From a virus (taxonomy: Duplodnaviria; Caudoviricetes), in the IMG/VR virus record IMGVR_UViG_3300028832_000123, positions 15,508 through 79,507 of that record: a DNA stretch of 64,000 bases; one strand, 5' to 3'. Under the pieces are notes generated by a model, which was not told the DNA's origin, searched no databases, and was given only the letters and a program-made list of their open reading frames with translations. Positions 28,194 through 37,700 of this stretch are shown here, one piece after another. Within the stretch, counting starts at the first letter, position 1. Every line of letters begins with the position of its first letter. The position numbers and the translations under genes are program-made.

Positions 28194-29168
28194 TCAGCCG
28201 GTTTTGCAACGGGTAATTATCCGGATCCAGTTAGTAAGCGCTGGCCGGTCCGGATTCAGGTACCCGCCGGTTTCCGCTTCGCTTTCGCTCGCATGCAACA
28301 CCCTGTACAGATCGTCCTTTTTAATCCGGTTCAGTGCGTCAGCTTCCTTAATGATAAACTCACGCACCCTGTCACGAAAATGCTCCCATCCGTCCGGCAG
28401 ATCCGTGCGAGTAAGGTTCACGTACGCATCCGTCAGCGTCCGTCCGGCTTGCAGGTCTGCGTCCTGATAATTGTACTCACGGAACTTATCAAGCACATAC
28501 AGGTTGCGATCAAAGTGCCCTTCCATGTTTTTCAGCAGCCGACTCTTATCGAGCGTAACACTGCCTTCCCTGTAGCACCACACGTACAACGGTGCAGGAG
28601 CCTTAATATGGCCGATGCGGGATGCGGGTGTAAGTATATTCGCAATCGCATTGAAAGCGCTGTCCTCGCTCATATACAGGTCTTCACAGAAGCGCAAATG
28701 ATTATCCTTTATGAAGTCAAGCCTGTAATACTTGTTGTGGATCCATACCAGGTCGAGCTTATCGTGCGGTTGCAACTGTATTCCTTCCGGCCCGTAACTT
28801 TCCATGACGAACCCGCCCCAGAGAATGTCGTAATCGTTCGTTCCGAGAACCTCGAATACAAACCTCAGTGCATAGATACTTGCGTACGTGTCGTCACAGT
28901 CGCAGAAGCATACCCACTTTGCGTCGGCATGGTCAATACCGTAGTTCCGTGTAGCTGACACACCTTTATGCGGGAGCTTTGTCTGTACGACCTGGCACGG
29001 GACGTGAGAAAAGTTCTTTTTCGGGAACGGATCCGTTCCGTCATGAATGAGATGTACACGCATTTGCGAGAAGTCCACACCCTTCTGGCATGAGAGCATG
29101 TCGAAGAACGGACGGACAATGCTCCAGTCCTCAGTATAGTGTGGCATAATTATCTCAAGCGTTTTCAT
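28194..29168 (-). CDS. glycosyltransferase family 2 (GT-A)
   Basis: IIMPHY, IHDG, GVSATRNYGI, CDCDD, SEDSAF. Confidence 0.9.
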   Translation of the reverse strand: MKTLEIIMPHYTEDWSIVRPFFDMLSCQKGVDFSQMRVHLIHDGTDPFPKKNFSHVPCQVVQTKLPHKGVSATRNYGIDHADAKWVCFCDCDDTYASIYALRFVFEVLGTNDYDILWGGFVMESYGPEGIQLQPHDKLDLVWIHNKYYRLDFIKDNHLRFCEDLYMSEDSAFNAIANILTPASRIGHIKAPAPLYVWCYREGSVTLDKSRLLKNMEGHFDRNLYVLDKFREYNYQDADLQAGRTLTDAYVNLTRTDLPDGWEHFRDRVREFIIKEADALNRIKKDDLYRVLHASESEAETGGYLNPDRPALTNWIRIITRCKTG

Positions 29169-29431
29169 TCTTTTCTCAGCCCCGCAGTCATAAAGTCATC
29201 GTCCTCACGTTTGACGTCAAACAGATACGTGAATCCGGTGTAGACCATTACGTCGTTTCCGTTGGTGTACGTAATGCTCGACGTGTTTTCCGGATTGTTC
29301 AGAATAAGGAACATATCCTGATAGGTAACGTTCTGATCGTATACGTATACGAACAAGTTAATCCCGCTTTTTATAACGTAGCTGTTATTGAATACAGTGC
29401 CGTCATTCAGCGTCAGGTACTGCTGTTCCAT
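29165..29431 (-). CDS. small tail-associated protein
   Basis: coupled ORF in the tail module. Confidence 0.65.
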   Translation of the reverse strand: MEQQYLTLNDGTVFNNSYVIKSGINLFVYVYDQNVTYQDMFLILNNPENTSSITYTNGNDVMVYTGFTYLFDVKREDDDFMTAGLRKE

Positions 29432-29729
29432 CCGGTTCCTCTCCTTCCTTTACTTCCATGATTCCGAATTCAGGGACAAGGGGTTCCTCGGCTGCCTTGG
29501 CTTTTTCTTTCTTTACGGCATCGGCGATGTGGCGCAGGGATTCAATGTTCATGCCGATGTCATTTGCAAACGGCATGGCAACATCAACAGGGAAGAACTC
29601 GTACAACTTGCCAATGATTGCACCAAGGTTGCGGTTGATCTGAAGCAGTGCATCGTCAACGTTTATTGTTTGATGCTGTGCTTCTTCTTTCTGGATTGTT
29701 CCTACTTCGACGATGGGTTCATTTTCCAT
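29403..29729 (-). CDS. small tail-associated protein
   Basis: RBS AAGGAGG. Confidence 0.6.
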   Translation of the reverse strand: MENEPIVEVGTIQKEEAQHQTINVDDALLQINRNLGAIIGKLYEFFPVDVAMPFANDIGMNIESLRHIADAVKKEKAKAAEEPLVPEFGIMEVKEGEEPDGTAVPDAE

Positions 29730-29746
29730 GATGATTCCTCCTTAAA

Positions 29747-32700
29747 TTATGTTATCTGTGTGTAGTAGTACTTTGTACCGCCACAACTGGAAACCTTAAA
29801 CCATACCCATCTGTTATTCTTAAAATTGGATACTTTTGTAAGGCTTGACTGTGAGCATCCCATTGCCTGTGACGCTGCTGATTTTACATTCGCCTCAGTT
29901 GCAGAGCTTGGCATATACCATGAGGAATTGGTTGAAATTGTAGGAGCGCTATGAGAAGATGTAGGGACATAATATGTTTGTCCGTAATCGCTGAACTTAC
30001 AATCTCCACCGCCATCATATCCGCCACGATTATAGCCAACACATATATACGCACCTGGTGTTAGATTTGTGTTGTTTGATCCTGGACCGTTCACATAATA
30101 TAACTTTGGAAGCGGAACATACCAAGTTTTTGATGTCTGGTTATGCCATGTATTGTTAGCGTCTTTATAACGAACATAAACATGACGTGACGTTCCAGGA
30201 ACAGAGCAGTCAATAAAGCTTGCATAGCTACCCGGTGTTGACGTATAACCGAAGTTTGCATTATTGAATACCTGAGAAACTCCAGCGTCATACCCTGTCT
30301 GGTACCTGTCCGCCGGTCCGGTGAGAGTACGTGACGCAACATTCGTTTTGCCTGATGCACCACTTGATGCTTTTGCCTGGGCATAAACCGTAACTGTTTC
30401 GCCGTATCCGAGCGTTTTTGCTGTTGTACTGTCAAGACCTACCGTCCCGTAGCAACCAGACCATCCGTTTCCATACGCACCATGCGATACACGAGCAACC
30501 GCTGTTCCTGTTGCGCTTCCCACACGGATGTACGCATAGTTATTATCAGCAGACGGATAATAGTTCGTTGTACCCTGATCTCCAACAGCAACGGAAGGAT
30601 ACTTAACAGCAATGGATCCGTTTGTAGAAGCACCGGTCGGAACACTTAATTTTGCACGGGCTGCAGCCCAACCATCGTTATACGCTTCAAGCCCGCTTAC
30701 GGATCCGCCAGAAGAAGCAACCTGCGTTCCGTCACCGTACGCATATCCATATGCCGTATACCTATGTGTACTGCTGTTATAGCTCTGGGAAGATACGCCG
30801 GCAGTGACCGTCATAGACACGTTGTTTGCGGTACCGCTCGTCGTTTTGCTCACGGTCCATACATTCGCATTATTTCCGGTACCCCAGCTTCCGGCGACAT
30901 GTGCGCTGTCATATCCAGGGACGTTAACAGAAATACTTGAAATGCCAACATTACCGCTTGTCGGCGTGTATGTGCCGTTCTCAGTAACGGTTCGTGTTTC
31001 GAGCGGTACGGCAAACTGCGGTGTACTGCCAATACGGCTTCCGCTCATGTTCTGGATCTGTACATTTGTTCCGCTCAGACCAAGCTGATAATTCAGCTGA
31101 GATCCCTGTACTGCGTTACCGCTTTGGTTATCATACGCTTCGATATAATACTGTCCGCTTGCAGCATTAAACCTGGCCTTGGCGTCTACTGATGTGACGT
31201 TAACTTCTATACTGCTAAGTCCGATATAGTTTGTGTCCGGAGTATACGTACCGTTCGCTGTAACCGTTTTTGTCTGAAGCTTGCTCGCCACGTTCACCGT
31301 CGGGCTGAACACAACACCGTCGCTATACTGTCCGCTTGAGCCATACACAGAGCTGATCGGAATGGTTGCCGTTGTGCCGTTCCATGTGACAGCGTTCGCC
31401 TGAAGCAGACGCTCAAGTGTTTCACCCTGAGGACTGGCGGTAACAGTAAGCTTGCTGCCGGTCCACGAAGCGGACAATGTTGTGCTTCCGCCGGAAGCGG
31501 ATCCGTCTGTATATCCTGCGTCGTACGCAGCGTTTGCCAGGATGCCTACTTCCTTGTGCAGAATAACCTTGTCAGCGTCGCCCCCTTCGTCCTGTGAATA
31601 AACATAGTAATCACGCTTTACGTAATGGTTATTGCCGATCTTTTCGTATGTTACCGGATCTGATGTATCCGGAACAATGCCGTCATATACCGTTCCTACG
31701 TTTACGTTTCCCTGCGGGGTTGCGGTTACTGAGTAGTTTCTGCCACTCCAGCTACCGCTCAACTGGGTGGCCCTGCTAAAAGACCATGTGTCCGTTTGAC
31801 CACTAAACTTTACAAGGGTAAGTGTATATGTATTGCCGCTTAATGTAAGGTTTGAGCCTGAATAGCCAGAAGCAACACTAAGCTTACCCATACCGTATAT
31901 AGGCTTTATGTAAACAGTATTAGCTTCAACTTCGGTTGCTGTTACCTTTGTGGCGAGAAGGTTTGAAAGTGTTTCGATTTTTGCAGCGATGTATTCTGCC
32001 GTAACATCGCTCAGGCTTGCCTTGCCGTTAATGACTGTTGTACTCTTTGTATTGCCGATGTATACCTTATCAGCGTCAATTATTGCGTTACTGCCCTCGG
32101 CGTTAATTGCAAGCGCAATCGTTGCCGGCGTAACAACACCGTCCTGACCTGCAACAGGGTAGATCTTTGCGTACCAGTCAGACGCCGTCTGATTGACTAC
32201 GCTACGCATTGAGTTTACTTCGTTAACCAGTTCAGAATGCCAATGCGACGCCGTCTGATCAACATAGCTGTGAAGGCTGTTCACCGTGTCGTCAAGCTGT
32301 GAATGCCAGTAGGACGCCGTCTGCACAACCTCGCTGTGAAGGCTCGTGATATCATTATCAAAAGACGTGCGCAGTCTGCTCTCCGTCATCTGCAATGCGC
32401 TGCGGATACTTGCGTCCGCAGACATAAATTCCAGTCGCAGATGCGATTCCGTATAGTCAAGCACACTGCGGAGATAGCCGTTCTCGTCGAACATGGCCCT
32501 GTGAATCTCTTCACTGCTCCGCATTCCGCCTGTCCCACGACGGTATTTCTTTTTGCTTACCAGGGAAATGGATTCACGTTCCTTATTACCCGTGGAGTTA
32601 ACCTGAATATGCGGGGTTCCCTTCCACACCATGCGTGTGCTGTGTACAGGGCTTGAATAATTTCTGCCGTCCTGAGTAATCGTCACGACGTCCCCGGACT

Positions 32701-32806
32701 CCATTGCCCAGTCCGCAAACGTACTTGCTTCATACGGATGATATCCGGATACGCTGTTCAGGCGTTGAAGAATAGGGGTAAGCGACGCACCTGTTACGTT
32801 TGCCAA
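29747..32806 (-). CDS. minor tail/spike protein, Ser/Thr/Gly-rich
   Basis: N-terminal baseplate-hub-like region, coiled coil, TVT.NGTYTP repeats. Confidence 0.8.
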   Translation of the reverse strand: MANVTGASLTPILQRLNSVSGYHPYEASTFADWAMESGDVVTITQDGRNYSSPVHSTRMVWKGTPHIQVNSTGNKERESISLVSKKKYRRGTGGMRSSEEIHRAMFDENGYLRSVLDYTESHLRLEFMSADASIRSALQMTESRLRTSFDNDITSLHSEVVQTASYWHSQLDDTVNSLHSYVDQTASHWHSELVNEVNSMRSVVNQTASDWYAKIYPVAGQDGVVTPATIALAINAEGSNAIIDADKVYIGNTKSTTVINGKASLSDVTAEYIAAKIETLSNLLATKVTATEVEANTVYIKPIYGMGKLSVASGYSGSNLTLSGNTYTLTLVKFSGQTDTWSFSRATQLSGSWSGRNYSVTATPQGNVNVGTVYDGIVPDTSDPVTYEKIGNNHYVKRDYYVYSQDEGGDADKVILHKEVGILANAAYDAGYTDGSASGGSTTLSASWTGSKLTVTASPQGETLERLLQANAVTWNGTTATIPISSVYGSSGQYSDGVVFSPTVNVASKLQTKTVTANGTYTPDTNYIGLSSIEVNVTSVDAKARFNAASGQYYIEAYDNQSGNAVQGSQLNYQLGLSGTNVQIQNMSGSRIGSTPQFAVPLETRTVTENGTYTPTSGNVGISSISVNVPGYDSAHVAGSWGTGNNANVWTVSKTTSGTANNVSMTVTAGVSSQSYNSSTHRYTAYGYAYGDGTQVASSGGSVSGLEAYNDGWAAARAKLSVPTGASTNGSIAVKYPSVAVGDQGTTNYYPSADNNYAYIRVGSATGTAVARVSHGAYGNGWSGCYGTVGLDSTTAKTLGYGETVTVYAQAKASSGASGKTNVASRTLTGPADRYQTGYDAGVSQVFNNANFGYTSTPGSYASFIDCSVPGTSRHVYVRYKDANNTWHNQTSKTWYVPLPKLYYVNGPGSNNTNLTPGAYICVGYNRGGYDGGGDCKFSDYGQTYYVPTSSHSAPTISTNSSWYMPSSATEANVKSAASQAMGCSQSSLTKVSNFKNNRWVWFKVSSCGGTKYYYTQIT

Positions 32807-33949
32807 TTATTCCACCCCCTTTAATAACGGATTGTCCTGAATCAGATATGTCACGCCGTCACCGAGACCATTATAAATATCATAATCGCCGTTGGACGCA
32901 CGGTTGCACACACGATCAATCTGCTGCGTTTCGTACCAGTACGGATGGAATTCATCGTACCCATGCTCGTCCAGTTCCTGATCAGTGGACTGTACCCACG
33001 TAAAGCAAAGCACACCTTCACGATTAAATTTCAGATTGCTCGCTCCGGCTTCCGCAATCCATCCCATAACCTCACGCATGGTCACTCGCCCGAAGTCCTC
33101 AGGCTCCCTGTTAATGACCGCCGTACTATTGATAAACGTACTTGTTTCATACTGTACGCCGACATAGTTGCAAAGCGCTGCGAACAGGTTGCCGATGGTA
33201 ATCGGGTAGGTAATGTTCAGATCAGCAGCTGACGGCATGTCATCCTCAAATCTCTGCATGTAATCATATGCCGTGAAATGGATATTGATAACAGACGGCA
33301 CGTTCGGACGATCCGCTGTAAAGTGCCCGAGCGGGACAAATTCATATGTCCGGAGCAGGGTGCCCTGCCAGATCCGCAGGATGTTGTTCGCAAAGTGGAT
33401 CCCTTTCCCTACCCACTTTGCCATCTGTGCGATCATAAAGTCATTCAGGGTTACACTGTTCTGATAGGTGCCTGTGCTGTCTTTATATACCTTTACTGAA
33501 TCGTTTTGCAGATAACAGTACACATAATCACCGTAAATCAGCATGCTCATAACTCTGGCCGTAGGCTGACTGTTCACCGCTGTTCCGTCCCGCTTAAGAT
33601 ACGGGCTTTCCGTATATGCCACGTACGTATGGCTTGCGGAACTCGCCTGTACAAAACCGTTTGCAGTGACTGTGCTTGCGCCGATCTGCGCTCCAATGGT
33701 TGCTTCAAAATCTCCGAACTCGTAATTGTCAAGCAACCCGTTGTCGTTCAGCAGATCAAATGTAAGCTCATTGCTCGGCGTCTGTCCGATGGCAATGTCT
33801 TCTTCGGCATTGAATAAATCCTTAAACTCAATGCCTTTTGACACATCAATATCTGCGCTTGTGAACACAGCATCCTCAAAAATAAGCAAGGGGATCTGAT
33901 GCGCCCCGTTTGCCACTGCGCTGTGGAATGCCGCGCTTGCGTTGTACAT
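32807..33949 (-). CDS. minor tail (baseplate hub) protein
   Basis: position after Dit; VPLGHF...TAYDYM motif. Confidence 0.75.
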   Translation of the reverse strand: MYNASAAFHSAVANGAHQIPLLIFEDAVFTSADIDVSKGIEFKDLFNAEEDIAIGQTPSNELTFDLLNDNGLLDNYEFGDFEATIGAQIGASTVTANGFVQASSASHTYVAYTESPYLKRDGTAVNSQPTARVMSMLIYGDYVYCYLQNDSVKVYKDSTGTYQNSVTLNDFMIAQMAKWVGKGIHFANNILRIWQGTLLRTYEFVPLGHFTADRPNVPSVINIHFTAYDYMQRFEDDMPSAADLNITYPITIGNLFAALCNYVGVQYETSTFINSTAVINREPEDFGRVTMREVMGWIAEAGASNLKFNREGVLCFTWVQSTDQELDEHGYDEFHPYWYETQQIDRVCNRASNGDYDIYNGLGDGVTYLIQDNPLLKGVE

Positions 33950-33984
33950 ACATGATCCCCTTTCTTGTACCTGCCGATGAAATA

Positions 33985-34014
33985 ATTATACTACATGTTG
34001 TAGTAATGAATCAA
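33985..34014 (-). promoter_or_regulatory. internal sigma-A-like promoter with palindromic spacer
   Basis: TTGATT-18-TATAAT containing ACTACA-N3-TGTAGT. Confidence 0.6.
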
Positions 34015-34706
34015 TACTCAATAAACTTGACCTTCAATGAAAACTGTGCGATATCCGCCTTTTCCTGTAAGTAATAATGCGCCTTGCCGGTCCGGTCACC
34101 AACGTAGTACGTTCCGGTGTAGGTGCCGTTGAACGTCCTCGGATCGATTGCGGTGAACGTGAACTGCGGAGAGTTGATCATTCCGAGAATCTGCTGAAGC
34201 ATGGCCCAGTCAAGGCTGTTCCAGCTTATCTCAAAGTTGATCTTTGTCGCAACATACGCACGGTGCAGAAGACCTGTTGCGTCACGGCTGCCGGACGTGT
34301 CGAGGTCGCCGATCTGATACGAGAACTCCGACGGATCCGGAACGTTCGTGCCGTTGATCTGGAAGCCCATTGTATATTTATATCTGCGCATAATAGGTCG
34401 CTCCGTCCTTTCCTGTGAGTAGTACCATTCCTGGCGAAGGTGAAGACGCTCGGCATAGTCGTCCGCTTCTGCGTCTGTATCGAATATGCCGAGGTATTCA
34501 CCTGTGTCCTCAAAGTACGCAATGGCGTCTTCCATACTAAGGATCTCGCCGGCACATACGGTAGGGATGAGATATACCTTATCGTCATACCCTACCGATA
34601 TCGACAGCTCTGTGCTGTACTCGCCGTCGTGATAGACAACGATTCGATTGTTCAGATCGATGTTGCCTTTACCCCATCTTCCTATGGTGTCGTCAAAGTA
34701 CGTCAT
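34011..34706 (-). CDS. distal tail (Dit-like) protein with an extra N-terminal domain
   Basis: follows TMP; C-terminal half INGTNVPDPS...GRDATG...Y.GDR; N-terminal GNIDLNNR domain. Confidence 0.7.
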   Translation of the reverse strand: MTYFDDTIGRWGKGNIDLNNRIVVYHDGEYSTELSISVGYDDKVYLIPTVCAGEILSMEDAIAYFEDTGEYLGIFDTDAEADDYAERLHLRQEWYYSQERTERPIMRRYKYTMGFQINGTNVPDPSEFSYQIGDLDTSGSRDATGLLHRAYVATKINFEISWNSLDWAMLQQILGMINSPQFTFTAIDPRTFNGTYTGTYYVGDRTGKAHYYLQEKADIAQFSLKVKFIEY

Positions 34707-37700
34707 TCAGGCGTCGCCTCCCATCCGACCATTTTCGTCCAGGCAGCATTGCTCTTTGCGTTATGCTCACCCCATCCGGAGTTCGGCGTAACGTTGATGT
34801 TCCATTCCTTCTGCAATAGCTGACTCAGCAGGGATACGCATGTAGCGAGCTGTGCAACCATGTCTGCGCTGCCACGCTGTACGCCGGCAGCAACGGTGCT
34901 TGCTTCAGCCTGAGGATCGTTCGGCTCGGTCTTGACCGTTGTGTCGGAAGGCGTGTAGTTGTTGTAGCTCGTGTCGCTGTAGTTGAAGCCTGCACTGGCA
35001 GAGAGCCGGACCGGAACAAGATTCGCTGTATTAATCTCCGGAGTAATACCTTCAAGCTTACCACTATTGTTGATGTCTTCTCCATTGTATTCACGAATCT
35101 TTTTAATCAGTTCGTCATAGGATTTGGTGACTTTTTCTATCTCTTCAGTGTACTCACCCCAGCTGAGATAATCACTCTTTGAAGGATCAATTTTTGTCCT
35201 GTACTGGAGCGCTTCCGTCTCAGCTTCACGAAGACTCTCAAAGAGAGAGGTAATTTCGGATACTTCACTTTCATCAAGCTTGCTGAAGTCAAAAGCATTA
35301 AGGATATCTTCGTAAGACCATCCAAGTGTTTCCTTGAGTTCCTGAATAATGCGAGTAGGATCTGCGAAAGCTTCTTCAAGGGCATTTACGATTTCTTTCC
35401 TTGTTTCATCCGTAAGATAATTCGGATCCTTGTTAATAAGATCCAGTTCATATGCTACAGAAAACTTTAATGCATCGTCAATATTGCCGGCCATCATTTC
35501 ATCGTAGAAGGTTTCATAAAGAGCTTCCTTAGATCCTGCGGCATATTGTTCAGCAACATCCGTTTTCCAAACTTCCTTACCGTTCCTGGCGATATACTGC
35601 TTCAGCTTTTCCGGAACAGCCAGGCCGGCTTCTTCCATTGCTTTTTCAAGCGGAACAAATACATTATCAACATAGGATTTCAATGCACGTTCGTCGCTTG
35701 AATCCAGTTCAAGATATCCAGCAACAGACTGTTCAACCAATGCAGAAAGGGCATCATTTACGGAATTATTGATTTCTTTTTTCTGATCTTCCCATCTTGT
35801 GAAATAGAAACTTTCCATACTGTCATAGAAAGCTTTCATGTCATTATATTGATCATCCTTAATGAAGCCCTTATCATGATACTTCTCAAGGTCTTTACGG
35901 CTCTGCTCCAGCGATTCCATTTCCGCATTGTATTGTGCTTCTGCAGCTTCGAGTGCAGGCTGAATAGTATCATTGCCCATGGACTTAATAAATTCAACAG
36001 CCTTGCCGATAGGATCTTCAGAACCAAAGTCGAAACGCATTCCTTCCGAAAGAGCTACCCTGAATTTGTCGAGACCGGTTTCAGTTTCTTCAGCAAGCAT
36101 TTCATACAATTCTTTGTACCGTTTAAGACCTTCTTCATCAATTGTGCCTGTGATGATTTGGTCTTCAAGCATCCGGATTTCCTTTTCAAATGCGGCATGA
36201 GCACCATTCATGATGGTTTCCATCTTGAGAGCTTGTGCCTTATATTCAATTGCAGCTTCTTTGATTTCATCGGATCCGTTCTTAATAGCTTCGTCCAGAC
36301 CGGCATACATCGTGCTATAATTTATTTCGCTGATTTCTCTCATTGTTTCAAGCACAATATCCCAGGTAGCTTTAAATGCATCAGCATCCTTTTTGCTTAA
36401 TTTTTCATTTCCTTTAATGGTTTCATTAAGTACTTTAATAGACTCAAGCGTATCATTCAGCGTTTGAGTATTTTCACCAAGGGTGATTGATGTGTTAACA
36501 ACGAGATTACTATCAGCTGTACGCCTGTCCATTTCGGCCTGCAGTTCTTTCAGATACTCATCCGGATCGATGCCGTCTTTTCCCTGTGCCGCAAAAGCAT
36601 CAATGGCCATTTGCTTATATTCAGCATCTTTTTCGGCTTTAATAGAAAGTGCAATACCGATTGTAAGGGCAATCAGACCAGTAACAACACCTGTTGCGAT
36701 AGATGCTGCAGTACATGCTCCAGCTGTAGCTGCGATAAGTCCTGCACCAATACCAGACTCAATCGCACCAAGAGCGTTAAGCATGAAGCTCCTGCCTCTT
36801 TGCTGCTGTGCAGCCGCGCCAATAGCATTCTTAATATTTACAATGCCATTAAGAGCAAGCGTAAATGCAGCTGTATAAATTCCGGAACCTGCTAATATCT
36901 TTTCTGCAATTCCTCCGGCAATGGTTGCTCCTACTGCTCCAGTAAGTGCATCAGCAATAAGCCAACCGGGATCACCAGTGTCCGTATAAAGTTGTCCGGT
37001 AAGATCCGTAAGCACAACAGACAATGCAATAGTCGCTCCAGAAGAGAAGCCGAGCGCAATCTTACTGAGTACAGGCAGAACATCAGCAACACCCTTGCTG
37101 AATCTCCACGCAAGCATGCCAGCTTCGATCAGTCCGACTGTCGTAAGAATCGTATTGAAGTTTTCCTTAACAAAGTCAACAATGTCCTTAATCTTATTGT
37201 CGAACCTGTTGACCTCCTCGAACATCTTCAGATAGTCTTCGGCTGTAGTCGTTCCGGCACCGGATCCACCGCCCGTCTGGCTCTGGATAATGTTCAGTTC
37301 ATCCCAGTCCGCAAGCAGGTCCTTAATCGCTGCGCCTGCTCCCTTGGCAGCCTTCTTCTGCTTACTGAAAGCTTCAGTCGCAACAGGAAGCGCACGAGTC
37401 CATGTCTGCTGTCCACCAAGCAGTGCGAAGAACTGGTTCGCATAGTTTACAAGTTGGATGAACCAGTTAACGACTGTGTTCAGGACTGGAACCAGAGCCT
37501 GAATAGCTGGGGCCAGAGCAGCGCCAAGGCTGTTCTTCATCTGGTTAATGGCAGTAGCAGCTGAGTCCATAGCAGGCGCAAACGAACCACCTATGGCTTT
37601 ACTGTATCCGTATACGTTCTGTAAGCCTTCCGAGAATCCGGAAGTGATATGTTTAATAACGCTACGGATCATGCGATACTTAATAATCTGTTTAAACCGG

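Noticed and set aside
18830-32806. Diversity-generating retroelement or invertible tail-fibre shufflon
   Set aside because: No reverse transcriptase, no TR/VR pair and no invertase or inverted gene cassettes seen
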